Shown in pieces: positions 9,532 through 22,290 of a stretch of 64,000 nucleotides of DNA. Each line of letters opens with the position of its first letter. The stretch's first letter is position 1. Made by a program: the position numbers and the translations under genes. Below the pieces are notes generated by a model. That model searched no databases and was not told the origin of the DNA. It saw nothing but the letters and a program-made list of their open reading frames with translations. Location: NCBI RefSeq assembly GCF_006345805.1, contig NC_043001.1, forward strand, positions 89,528,001-89,592,000, written 5' to 3'. Source of the DNA: Octopus sinensis. Its lineage: Eukaryota.

Positions 9532-11021
9532 TGGTCAAATATGATGACTTAACCCTTTCGTTACTATATTTCTGACCGAAATACACCCCTCATGAGTTTC
9601 AATTAAATTCTAAAATAATCATGAATTTAGGCTTGTTTCATTAAATAACTGTAACTTTTTTACTTATCAACATATTAATGTGATATTTGGAACATAATTA
9701 AAGAAAGGGTTCTTATCAATTCTATTGGATAACTTTTGTCTCAAAGTGACTTTGATTACAGGTAAATCCAGGTAAATTGAGCAAAAGGTAAAAATATTAA
9801 AATTTTGTTTAAACATCACCATAGAAAATGAATCATCAGCTAATATTCAAATGGGTATGCAACAAAATTTTGATAAAGAAGAATTGTGCACATCACTAGA
9901 TCATCAGTTGAATTTAATGCACAACAGGTGTACCATAAAGGTGGAATAAACTGAAATATTGGAATCCACCGTAAGTTTGACCGAACAAAAGAAATCGGTC
10001 AAAAAATAATATATGGCCCTGGTTATGGTATGGAAGTGATAAATTCCAGACCACATCGTTCCCTAGGCCATGCTGACTAACATTATTTTTCCTGTATAAA
10101 AACTAAATCCACGCAGTATCCAGTATTTGCTTCACAAATTTCCCAAACTTTGAACCCCGATTTTAGGTTTGTTTACAATTTGCGTAAGTGTGTTTCCACA
10201 TTGATCGCTTCAAACAATAACTTCCAGACCACATCGTACCCTAAGCCATGCTGACTAACATTAGTTTCCCTGTATAAAAACTAAATCCACAACAGTACCC
10301 AGTATTTGCTTCACAAATTTCCCAAATTTTGAACCCCGATTTTGGGTTTGTTTACAATCTGCGTAAGTTTGTTTCCGAAGTGATTGCTTCAAACTAGCAT
10401 ACTGAAAAAAATAAAAGTCTAATGATTTCACTTCCTAAGAAAGGCTATAGATAAACTTTATCTCCTCAGAAAAATTTTAAAAGTTTTTTTACTTCATTCC
10501 GATGTAAAATCGTCTTCGCCGCTTTGTTTCTTCGGAAAGTGCTGCTTTCATTTTCGAATAAAAAAATATTCATTATTTTGTACACCACGTGCTTTAGTAC
10601 CTATTTCATTCTTTTTCTCGATATCTTCCTATTTTCCGTTGACAAAGCTTTAAATTCGGAATCAATGCTTGATAACACGAAACTCCTATCCATTTTCAAA
10701 GTTGAAGAAAAATCGAAGCCGAAAAACATGTGGAAAAAAATCTCCCAAAATTCACTGAGTTGAGATATCACTTCAAGCACTGTTGGATACTATAACTTAA
10801 CTATTTACAATGTGAAATCACATGTTTTAACGAATGTACCAACGAGATTTGGGCTCAAATTTACATTTAAATAACAATGGGTTCTAACGGCCGGGTATGG
10901 CCGGGTTGGTACTTTGAACCAAAAAATTTTCGGCCGGCTACGGCCGGGTTAGTAACGAAAGGGTTAAAGGCTTGGCTATGATTCATTATTTTGATTCTAG
11001 TGTGCTTCGCTGATTTTTGAC
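9532..11021 (+). pseudogene. SNORD88-like copy H split by a MITE insertion
   Basis: 5' half tggtcaaatATGATGAcTTAA (9532-9552) and 3' half TTAAaggcttggctatga...gtgcttcgCTGAtttttgac (10964-11021) flank the MITE. The guide is also mutated. Confidence 0.85.
9553..10963. mobile_element. piggyBac-type MITE, copy 2 (no insert)
   Basis: TTAA duplicated at 9549-9552 and 10964-10967; TIR CCCTTTCGTTACT/AGTAACGAAAGGG; the empty site can be rebuilt from the snoRNA halves. Confidence 0.92.
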
Positions 11022-11897
11022 TGAGTTTTTAACTAATTGAATGAGAGATGGTTTTGGTTCTTTGGCAATGCCCTGTTTTGGTCTTAACTGCAATGGTTTG
11101 ATCTGGTTAACTTCTAGATATTATGGTATTGATCAGTTGATCACCTAAGAAATATTCTGCCCATTGTAACTTTTTTTTTTTTTTGTGATTGTTAATCATA
11201 TATGCATATACATTTTTTTGCTGCATTCACATGACAGCTTTCCCTTTCATGCTGAATTAGTTAACTAGATAGTGTAGGCCTTGTGATACCAGCCTGTCCA
11301 AGATGGCCTCTGGTCCTGAATAACTTAGTAATCAATCAGCCTTCATTTAAATTCCTCTAAAAAATGTATTAAGCATCAAAATTCCATTGTAATTTTATAT
11401 ACAAATACTTGTCAGATGTTATGGTCAGGAACATATCCTATGTTAACATTGCTAATTTATCAGACTTCTGATAAAACACTGGGTTGCTGTCTAACTTCAG
11501 ATTCAGATGTGCTTTTTCAATTAATATCAAACACAAATGAGCCTCTATGTGGTTACTTAAGTTACTAGAAATAGCAGTCAAATCTCTACTATCTTAATAA
11601 GTTAGTTGTAGCTGGAATGTCTTTTTAGATCAAAGCTTAGGCTTAATTAGCATAAAATACTATTCATTTTGTAAAATATTTTAATTAACCTAATGTTGAA
11701 GAAAGGAGACTTGTCATTACGTTTTATTTTCATTGTATTTTTGCTGTGATCAATCCCAAATCTTTTGAATCTTTCATACAGTTTACCTGACTTTTATCTC
11801 TATCATCCAGGAGTATCATCAGCAATTTTTTATACTCTACCCATTCTTCTGTGTATTTTTTTGTATTACTATGAAACTTTTTTTTTTTATTAACCAG

Positions 11898-11976
11898 GAT
11901 TGTACGTGCATTCCTTATTGAAGAACAGAAGATTGTGGTCCGTGTACTGAAGGCACAAGAAGGCATGAAAAAATAA
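11898..11976 (+). CDS. RPL34: 60S ribosomal protein L34 (eL34), last coding exon
   Basis: Acceptor ttttttttattaaccag|G; translates (R)IVRAFLIEEQKIVVRVLKAQEGMKK*, matching the eL34 C-terminus RAFLIEEQKIVV.VLKAQ. Earlier exons were not found in the window. Confidence 0.92.
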
Positions 11977-11992
11977 ATTTTCATGGCATGTT

Positions 11993-11998
11993 AATAAA
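11993..11998 (+). terminator. Polyadenylation signal of RPL34
   Basis: AATAAA 17 nt after the stop, followed by GT-rich sequence. A second AATAAA overlaps the stop codon. Confidence 0.55.
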
Positions 11999-12084
11999 TT
12001 TTGCTCTGTAAGTCTTGTTGTGTTAGTTATTTATCTCCGGTTTTGGTTACATTTAATGGCATAAAAGTACTGTAATTATTATAA

Positions 12085-12086
<2 letters not shown>

Positions 12087-12136
<50 letters not shown>

Positions 12137-12146
12137 GTATATATAT
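12087..12146. repeat. (TA)n/(TATG)n microsatellite
   Basis: Directly visible. Confidence 0.95.
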
Positions 12147-13035
12147 AATCTTTAATAAAACCAATATTGACACTGTCACCAAAATACATGAAACAATCTA
12201 GATCCACCTGTTCATTTTTTTTTCTTTTCTTTTACATAAAATATTGACATCAATCATATTACATTAGTAGTAATATCTGAAAGATTATCTGATCTGTTGT
12301 CTGTGAGTTGCTAAATGGTATTTACTACACATCAGATTCCCAACTTGTTTAAATTTATCTCCTGTTGCATCTTACTTTCCTTGTATTCTTTATTCATCTA
12401 ATAGTACTCACTTTCTCTAAATACATTTAGTGCATAACTGTAGAAGTGTGTGCCCTGTTGTTTTCTGCCAGAAAGTTATAAACTTTCTGAAAACGGATGT
12501 TTTTTTCAATGAAATTTTCTACAAATATGTTTCAAGTATGTAGATTAAAATTATAGAGTTCTGGACTTGGGAAAGACAATCTCTGAATGTAAAGGGTTTT
12601 CAAATCAAGAAATAACTGCCATGGAGTTTCAAATTTTTCAAGTTTCAAGTTTTCAATTTTTTAAATTACATATAATTTTACTCTACATGTGACAAATTTT
12701 GCTGAAAATTTCCCCTACAAATTCCGTCTGACCCATGGAAAAGTGGATATTAAAATGAATCAATTTATTTTACCTAGTAATTTCCTTCAAACATTGATAA
12801 ATTACAGTATTTTACAATAGTTACCCCATATCCATTCAAGTCTAATAATATGCACATGAAGGTTGGCATTTATATAGTATTTGAGATAATTTCTAATTTT
12901 ACTTATTTTATCTGTAATTATAGTTTTGAGGCAAACTATGTTGTAGATTTCTGTAAGAACTTTTGTTGTAGTCCTCATACCACTTCAATATATTAATAAA
13001 TAAAAATAACATTGTCTTCGAAAAACTGGTCTTAA

Positions 13036-13254
13036 CCCTTTAGTGTTCAGATTATTCTATCAAACATAATGCTTATTGATTCCCATTGATTTGAATTAAT
13101 CATGTAGTATCTCATATCTTCAAGATCTTGATGGTGTAATTACTTAATGTAGAATAACATTGTAGAGTAGGTGTGAGGGCCTAAATCTGGTCAGTTTGAA
13201 CATGAAACAGATTAAATATTTTGGCCGGATATGGCCGGTTTAAATACTAAAGGG
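13036..13254. mobile_element. Short piggyBac-type MITE (~220 bp family)
   Basis: TTAA|CCCTTTAG ... CTAAAGGG|TTAA; opposite-orientation relative at 55859-56074. Confidence 0.85.
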
Positions 13255-15347
13255 TTAAATGAACAATTTATAGAATTAAATTGAAATGTATACCAGGTGT
13301 ATTCTGACCTATGCAAATATGGAACAGTAGGTGTTAAAATGATGGTTAATCAAGGAACAAAGTGTCCATGAACATTTATTTACAGGGCCTCCAAAGCTGG
13401 TGGACAGAAGGGAAAAAGGTATCTTCAAATTAGCAATCCAGCCTAAATGCTTGCAACTGAGTTTAATCTTTAAATTTTAATGGTTGTCACTTGATCTGAG
13501 AAAACAGCTTGCACAGACGGTTTTTTACTGATCAGTGTTTGTGCTGCACATTAGCTCACTCCTTTCATCAAATAGGCATTTCCTATACAGGTGCACAGTG
13601 TGCTACACATCAGTTGTCACTAATCATACAGCTACATGAGATAAAGTTCTGCTCAAGAGCATGAGGCATCCATTCCAACTTCCTTTGAATTCCATTAATC
13701 CACTACCTTGAACTGGAACTTTTCTTTTTCTTTCTCAACCCTGAAAAGTGAAGTTGATCATGGTGGGATCTGAACTCAGAGAGAAAAAAACCCAATCCCA
13801 TGAAGCATTTTGTCTGGCATTAACAACTTTGCCAACTTCTGATTAGAAATATTATTAAAAAGGCACTCACACTTAGTCATCAAAGACCTACTTTTCCACC
13901 AACCACAGATACTTTACTTATATGTTATATTTGTTGAAGATAATTTTTGAATTCATGCTGAATTAACTAGATGATACCAACCTGTCGAAGACGGCCTCTG
14001 GTCCTGAATACTAACAATCAACCTCCATTAAATTCCTCTAAAATGTTTGTAATTAAGCATCAACATGTCAAAAGTTGAAATATACTGCCTTATTTTGAAA
14101 ATAAATTTGTTATTAAGCAGGTGTTTGGGACATGAATTAGCATGAAATGCTCTTTTTTAAAGCGATGAAGACTGCTTTAAAACAAGTTTGTATCATAGAA
14201 CTAGGTGTGATTTTGTGCAGGTCAGTATAAAAAAAAAACTCGAGAATTTTACAGAGTGAAATTTATTAATGGCAAAATATATATTACAATTGGCAATTTT
14301 ATGAATGTTTTAAATTTTGCCTCATTTAACTGTTAATCCTTAGTTTATTCAATGTCCATTTTTCAAAATTAGCAAGGGTTGGACAGGCCACTTGTTGAAA
14401 GCAATATTTTATGGCTGAATAATCTTGCTGTCTATTGATCTTCCCTTACAAAGCTTGGGACGGTAGTGAAGAAGTAAATTAGGTCTTTGACATGTGAAAG
14501 TAGGTGTATGAATATTGAAGTTCTAAAATGTAGTTTAACAAAGAAGCTTGCCATATAAGTATGCAAGTGTGTTTCCTTGTCATATAGCATGATAGTTGTA
14601 AATGAGTGTCACTGTCATACAAGCAGTACCCTTTGTTTCCAGTCTTATGAGAAACATGTTTGGCCACAGTGAAATATTACCTTGCTCAGAAACAGTTGCA
14701 TGTTGGCAACAGAAGGGGCATTTGGTCATGGAAACTGTCTCAACAAATTTTGTATGACCCATACAAACCTGAGAAAGTGGACATTATAACTATGATAATG
14801 GTTGCAGAGTGAAACATAGTCAACATAAGCTAGACTACTGATCTGCATCCACTAAGCTGTGGTTGAGAAGTTTGCTTCCTGACAACATGGTTTGAGTTGA
14901 ATCCCACTGTGTGGCACTTTGGGCAAGTGTTTTCTACAATAGCCCAGACTGATCCAATCTTTCAGTGGATTTGGTTGGCAGAAACTCAAAGCAGCCTGTC
15001 ATATTCATGTTTGTGGCTCTTTGTCTTGACATTGCATTGTAGTTGTAAACCAGTGTTACTGTCTTATAAGTGGTGTTGTTCATCTCCAATCCTGTGGAAA
15101 TGCTTGATGGGGTATCTGGCCATAGAAAATCAGCTTGAATTCTGTCTGACCCATGCAAGCATGGAAAAGTGGATGTTAAAAAATGACAATATAATTATTA
15201 CAGAGAGATTAAATATATTTTGAAAATGTTTGCCAAAGAGTAGCAACAGGGTTTAGACCAGATCTTGAACATCCCAGAAGCACTGTACTGGTCTCTACTA
15301 TTCTACAGTAAGTTTCCAATCCTACACTCAAGGAACCATGAGTTTTA

Positions 15348-15437
15348 TCACTGCTCTTCAGTTGGCTGCAAGGTTCTTATGTTTTTTGTTTCAACAATTT
15401 CCATTTGGTTATCAGCATTAAACTTGACAGGTTCCAC
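15348..15437 (-). CDS. Uncharacterised gene, putative terminal exon (VEPVKFNADNQMEIVETKNIRTLQPTEEQ*)
   Basis: Strong acceptor ttatttttccgtcag; phase 0 matches the preceding exon; open to TGA. Confidence 0.55.
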   Translation of the reverse strand: MEPVKFNADNQMEIVETKNIRTLQPTEEQ

Positions 15438-16537
15438 CTGACGGAAAAATAACCAATATAAGAGATTTTTAACAAACACTAAGAGGTAAAGATGGACTAA
15501 CAAATATGAGGGGGTGCTGAAAAGTTCCTGGTTTTAAGGGTATTGTGAAAGGCCTGGTTGGAGGCCCAGCCTTCAGTTCTTTTATAGGGCTTAGAAAATC
15601 TGAAGGACTGCTGCACGGTAAGTGGGAATATGTTGAATAAAATCATAATTAACTGGTCCTCTTGTATTTTCTATTACCCAAAGCCAGTAACTTTTCAGCA
15701 CCCATTTGTACTAAATTTTCTCTAAATTCAAATTCCCTGCTTTGCAGTACATTTAAGTTCTGTATAAGCATAGTTAACTGATAACATTAAATAAACTGGC
15801 ATCTTGATTAGGAAATCTGGAGTTTACAGAGACATAGGGTAGTGAATGGGGAATATCTGCTTTGTCTGTGGAAAGCAATATTTAAGGACACAAAACAAGT
15901 TAATGAGCTGATACAGAATAAATATATAGAATAGTATCCATATGTATTTAACCTCAGTTAAACTGGAACAGCATGGACCTTTTTGGCAGCCTGTGATGAG
16001 GGTCAGTCTGATCGTCCCAAAATGTCAAGATATAGTAAGGGAAGGTTATTAATTAGAATATATATAAAAAAGACTTGTCAGGTACAAATAAGACGTGTAC
16101 AACAGAGTTCCTTAGGACTTTGGGAAATGTTTTCCAATGCCATTATACTAATATAATTGCAGTGCAAGGTTAAGGTGCTGAACTTGTCAAGGTAGATAAC
16201 TCCCATTATATTAACAGTGGTGCCTTTGGATATTGAGCTAGAAATAGTAAGGCATATCGTATCTTGCTGTAAAAACAATTATCCCAATAAACTAATCTCT
16301 TTCTCGCAAAAATTAGAAAATATATTTAAAATCTGGATATTTCATATCCAGTCAACAATCTTTCAATTTTTCTCTGTCTCAAACATGTTTTTGCTGGATC
16401 AGGGTTGAAACAACACAGGTTGAACAAAGTTTGCTGTGAAGTCTAAATTATAAAACTGATCCCATTTATTTTGATTACACTTTCCTTGACTTCTATTGTT
16501 TATGTCAAAATACTTTGTAAACAAAAATGAGACTTAC

Positions 16538-16674
16538 ATTGGTTTGGTCCTCATTGTGTTGACACTGTTCTAGTTTCTTGTAACACACATCTTGGATGAG
16601 TTTTAAATAGCTGACAGGTTCAACACTCTCATAATGTTCAATAAAGGCTTCTTTAAAGATATCACCATGGTTGG
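16538..16674 (-). CDS. Uncharacterised gene, internal exon (ANHGDIFKEAFIEHYESVEPVSYLKLIQDVCYKKLEQCQHNEDQTN)
   Basis: Acceptor ttctattctttcacag, donor gtaagt, 137 nt, phase 1 to 0, open frame. Confidence 0.75.
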
Positions 16675-17379
16675 CTGTGAAAGAATAGAAGCAGATGGAA
16701 ATTAGTGTGTAACAATATACTATATTAACAAAAGCTGATGAATATATATACATGTATATCTAAGTTTTTATGTTGTATAGAAGAATATATTAATCAATGA
16801 AATTCCAACTTAGTTTGATTTTCATATTTTATTATTTACAATCTTTACAATATTGAACTAAACTAGTACTTTCAATTGTGGAACACGACTGTCAATACAT
16901 AAACCTGATGATTGCATAACTTATGAAAGTACTACTTTATTTCAGTGTTGTAAAATTGTTATTTCATCTGTCTTTATGTTCTGAGTTCAAATTCCACCGA
17001 GGTTAGCTTTGCCTTTCATCCTTTCAGGATTGATAAATTAAATACCAGTTGTGTACTGGGGTTGATCTAATCAACTGGCCCCCTCCCTCATTGGGCTTTG
17101 TGCCTAGAGTGGAAAAGAATATTGTAAATCAGAGTAACTTGGAATTTCATTGATTAATATAATATATATATGTGTGTGTGTATCTATATATATATATACA
17201 CACACACACAATTGTCTCTCAGTTTTACTGGTAGATTAGTTCTGCGAGTTATTGCGTAAGTTGAAATTGTATCAACAGAAGCAAATGTATTTTTAATATC
17301 ACAAATAAGAAACAAAATTTGAACAATCCTTTATTGAAATGGGTATAATAAATATGATTATCACGTGTGTGTGTATGTG

Positions 17380-18010
17380 GATATACATATCCACATACAA
17401 GGGAATCTGATTTCCTTAAGTGTCCCAGTCACTCTCTGGAAGTTGTAAATCATTTTTTCTACCTAGGTTACCTAATTAGCAGTGGAGGAGGCTACACAGA
17501 AAGTGTAATTGCTAGAATAAGATTAGGGTGGAGAAAATTCAGAGGGCTTTTATCTCTGTTGGCAACTAAAAGTTTCTCTCCATATGAAGGGAAGATTGTA
17601 TGATGCATGTGCACAAATTGCAATGCTGCAGGGTAGTGGGATATGGGCCTTGAATGCAGAGGACATGCAAAGACTGGAGAGAAGTGAAGCTGGTATGCTC
17701 TACTGGATATGCAATATCAATGTGTGTGTATGACAGAGCATTGGTGTATTGAGAGAGAAGTTGGGCATAAGAGGAATTAAGATGCAACATGCAAGAGAAG
17801 AGACTGCACTGGTTTGGTCATGTGATGTGGATGGATGAACACAATTACTTAAAGAAGTGCCAATTGTTTAAAGTGGAAGGAAGTTGCTGAAGAGGAAGAT
17901 ATGGGACAAAGTAGTGAAGGGTGATTTCAAAATGCTGAACATTATGAAGGAGAACTGAGATATGTGGCGCAATGCTGTACTCAAGAAGATCCATCCATCA
18001 CTACAGAATT
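17380..18010 (+). mobile_element. RTE-clade LINE 3' fragment, degenerate
   Basis: YLGYLISSGGGYTESVIARIRLGWRKFRGL-type post-RT motif and RL.W.GHV-like segment, with stops and frameshifts. Confidence 0.75.
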
Positions 18011-18039
18011 AAGATCCTAAAACCAAGGTGCCATGTAAA

Positions 18040-19050
18040 AAGCATTAGTTCGGGTGCTGGTTCCATATAAAAAGCGCTGATGATGGTCCCATGTAAAAAG
18101 CACCCAGTACACTTTGTGGATTGGTTGGCATTAGGAAGATCATCCAGCTGTAGCAGGCAAGCCAAAGCAGACTATGGAACGTGTTGCAGCCCCTGGCCAC
18201 ATCAGTTCCCATTAAGTCATCTAATACATTCCAGCATGGAAAACAGATATCAATTGTTGATGATGATGTATATATGTTGATATATATATATATAAGTGTC
18301 TTGAGAGAAAAATTGGGCATAAATGGCATTAGATGTACAAGAGAGACAACTGTGCTGGTATGGTCATGTGATGCATATGGACGAGGACAACTGTAAAGCG
18401 CTGATCTCTAACTGTAAAGGGAAAATGTGGAAGGGGTAGATTCAGGAAGACACTGGACGAGGTGGTGAAGTGTTATCTTCAAACATTGGGTCTCATGGAG
18501 GCAATGACTAGTGACCAAGACCATTGGTGATATGCTATACCTGAGAAAACCCTTCAAGCTAAGTGAAACCATAGTCATGGCCAATGCCAGTGTCACGTAA
18601 CAGGCACCTAAACCGGTGGCATGTAAGAAGCACCTTTCAAGCATTGGGGCTCACAGAAGCAATGTGACAAATACCAGTGTCACATAACTAGCACCTGTGC
18701 TGGTGTTGTATAACTAGACCCATTGCTGGTGGTATGTAAAAAGCACTTTTCGAGTGTTGGCTCTCACGGAGTAAATGATAAACGACCAAAACCTTCAGCA
18801 ATATACCATACTTGAATAGAAGACCCATCAAGTCAAGTATAATCATGGTTGTGGAAGGTACTGGTGACATGCAACTGGCACATAAAAGCACTTATTACAC
18901 TCTTGGAGTAGCTGGCATTAGGAAGACTAGCTGTAGACACCTTGCCAAATCAGACTGGAGTCTGGTGCAGCCCCTCAGCTTACCAGCTCTGATCAAACTG
19001 TCCAACCCATGCCAGCATGGACAACAGACGTTAAATGATGATGATGATGA
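18040..19050 (+). mobile_element. Cluster of RTE tails and (GAT)n-tailed SINEs
   Basis: Second RTE fragment at about 18295-18570; SINE bodies ending catgccagcatgga...gttaaatgatgatgat. Confidence 0.7.
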
Positions 19051-20139
19051 TATATATATATATATATATGTATATGTGTGTGTGTGTATGTATGTATGTA
19101 TACACACAGAATGCACCAGGAAACCAAGAACAAAATACAGAAAAAAATACCCAGGGCACTACACAAAAAAGACAGGATACCCTCAGAATAACTGGTACAG
19201 CCATATACCCAACTACATCAGTCAAACAGGCCATTCAACAAAACCACTCTCAGTCCAAATGATGACCTCAATGTTGTTACAGAAGCACATATATATCAGG
19301 ATTAATTAATTGCTTTCATCCTGAGCCAATATAAATAATTATGGATACAACAGTCACAGAGTGATTAATGTAATTAGTTTACACACTGTAATTAATTAAT
19401 CAGATGTTCAAGATGTGATTGGTAATAAAAGAAGATGCTTGCTTGAGAAGACGTATATGAAGACAAGAACGTAGCAATGGCGATGTGGATATGTTATCAC
19501 TATGGTTACTGTGAAAGTCTGATATGTTAATTGAAACAGGTGGCAACAAGTTGTGGTGGTAGTGGTAGTGGTGTTAATAAGATGTAGGGTCCTAATGTGG
19601 ACAAAGAATGGTAATGTTATTATATATTAGATATTGTTTATTGATGTAGTCTGGAGACAATCAAGAAGGGAATGATGGGGAGGTAGCAGAAATTGTGACA
19701 AATCTAGATCTTTGAATTTCAAGAATAATATACTATACTTACATGTAGTACCTATGCACTGTACATATTCAAGGTATCTATATACTGTATTCACAAAGTC
19801 ACCTATATATTGTACCCACATAAGGTACTTGTACTGACATAAAGTGCCTATATATATTAAATTCTTAAAGTACGTAATTGCTGTTCCTACACAACACATA
19901 ATCATTGTCATCATCATCATCATGTAATGTCTGCTTTACCATGCTTGCATAGGTTAGATGCAATTTTATTGAAGCAGATGTTTTTCTAGGGTTGAATGCC
20001 TTTCCTGTTGCCAACCCCCATCTGTTTTCAGGTAAGGTAATATTTTCCCATGGCCAGATATATTTACAACATCAATTTTATGATAGTGATGCTTGTTTAC
20101 AACTGGCACATGGGGTCAAGACAATGGTACACTCAAACA

Positions 20140-20570
20140 CAGATATATCCACTTTCCATGTTGGCATGGGTTGGACGGTTTGACTGGGGACTGGTGAGCC
20201 AGATGGCTGCATCATGCTCCAGTCTGATCTGGCATAGTTTCTACAGCTGGATGCTCTTTCTAATGCCAACCACTCTGAGAGTGTAGTGGGTGCTTTTACA
20301 TGCCACCAGCACGAGGGTCAGTTAGGCAATACTGGCAACAGCCATGCTCAAACAGTGTTTTTCACGTGTCATCTGCACAGGAGCCAGTCCAGCGGCACTG
20401 GCAACAACCTTGCTCAAATGTTGTTTTTCACATGCCATTGGCACAAGTGCTAGGAAGGCAACTCTAGTAACGATCACACTCGAATTGTGCTTTTTACATG
20501 CCACCGGCATGGGGGCCAGTCAGTGGCCCTGGCAACGATCATGCTCGGATGGTGCTCTTACGTTCCACTA
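20140..20570 (-). mobile_element. (GAT)n-family SINE with ~60-bp subrepeats
   Basis: Reverse complement of the module seen at 46030-46470. Confidence 0.7.
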
Positions 20571-20604
20571 GCACGGATGCCAATCATGTGGTACTGTCAT
20601 CGAA

Positions 20605-20718
20605 TTTGATTTATATATGTGTATATTATTTATATATATGCATATATTATTTATATACACATATACACACACATACATATATATATATATACACATACAT
20701 ATACACATACGTATATAT

Positions 20719-20749
<31 letters not shown>

Positions 20750-20895
20750 CATACACATATATACACGCACACATATATATACACACCTACATAATATATA
20801 TAAACACACATATACAAGCATATGCATACATCTATACATACATATATGTATTAATGTGGATGAGTGTGTATATATACATATATATATATTATATA
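20605..20895. repeat. TA/CA-rich compound microsatellite
   Basis: Directly visible; it explains the Y/I/T/H-rich ORFs here. Confidence 0.9.
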
Positions 20896-22116
20896 CACGT
20901 GACAACAGCTTCTACACAGCTTCTGTTAACCAATAAAGAAAGCTGTCTAACCTAAATCTACCAAGTCCAAATCCTGTCAGAGATGATTTTACACTTACCT
21001 CTAAAAGACCAAGTCAGTATTAATATATGCCTAGGGAACTGATTTAATCCACTTCAACCAATCAGTCCCATACCATTTGACTTTATTTACACCAATAAAC
21101 TACTTATATTTGAGTAATACTGTAGAACAAAAAAGAAACAATGAAAAACAAAAGCAATACCACCACTAACAACAACAACATCTACGGAAAAAATAAGAAT
21201 AGCTTGGGGATATAATAGAGTGAGAGGGGAATATGTTGAATAAAATCATAATTAACTGATCCACCTGTACTTTCTTTTAATCAGAGCCAGGAACTTTTCA
21301 GCACCCTCTCATACAAGGCTTTGTTCAGCTTGGGGCTATAATAGAAGACGCCTAAGATACCACACACAGCCATGCCTGTGCCATCTGTAGGTTAAACAGT
21401 AAATACACTATGTAGGTATGAATACAAAAATTATTAAAAATCTCAACAAGCCCTTTATTAATGTTACTATTTTATGCATATAAAAATACTTTTTTAACTG
21501 CTTTCTCTCTCACTCTCCTGTCCTCCTTCAGTTATAGGGACCGTTTTAGGCTCTTTAGTTGTAAAGGTGACCTAACTAGTGGTGCTATGCAAAAAACACC
21601 CAGTACACCCTGTAAAGTGGTTGGCATTAGGGAAACCATACCAAACATTGGAGCATAATGTAATCATCAGATTCTGCTGAACTGTCCAGCCTATACCAGC
21701 ATTTAGAGCCGATATTAAACAATAATGATGATGATAGCATGTACATTGTGTGTGTGTGTGTGTATACAGAGAGAGAGAGACTTGTGTGGGGGAAGTATAT
21801 ATGTATCATGTGTAAATAGACTGTGCAAAGCTTTACATTAAAGAATATTTTATAACTTTGCTTCAGGGTGGCCATGTGAATCAAGAGAAAGCAACACTAT
21901 CAATGGAGTTGTATTTAGCCACAGACCCGAGTCTTTTAAATATCTTAATCAGTCTTTTAATTTGATTCTCTGCAGCCTGGTTCTGACATAAGTTTCATAT
22001 GATGATTAGTGGGTAATAAACAGTGTCTTGAATGTTAGCCATCAACCAGGTAATTGCTGCATTTTACTTACAACAGCTTCTCTTGAAACAATAACATTTA
22101 GATATATTTGACTTAC

Positions 22117-22290
22117 CTAAGAGCTCCTTGCAGGCTGTTAGCCTTAAAGGGTCATCCTGCATAAGTTTGTTGTCATTTGGGTTACATATAGAGTTTAGTG
22201 ATTTGGACACTGCTGCTTCTATGCTATAGTGACCTTTACGTCCAATAATCTGCAACCAGCGGTCAAGTTCTTCAAAACAATGAAAAGTTA
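22117..22290 (-). CDS. Uncharacterised gene, internal exon (ITFHCFEELDRWLQIIGRKGHYSIEAAVSKSLNSICNPNDNKLMQDDPLRLTACKELL)
   Basis: Acceptor tttatactaaacag, donor gtaagt, 174 nt, phase 1 to 1, compatible with both neighbours. Confidence 0.75.

Noticed and set aside
16078-16278. Minus-strand ORF as terminal exon of the uncharacterised gene
   Set aside because: It has a usable acceptor, but the 15437 acceptor is stronger and the two cannot be ranked without RNA data. Not called.
20617-20955. Y/I/T/H-rich ORFs (also 18812, 53704-54073, 58611-59365, 59997)
   Set aside because: Translations of TA/CA microsatellites and SINEs.
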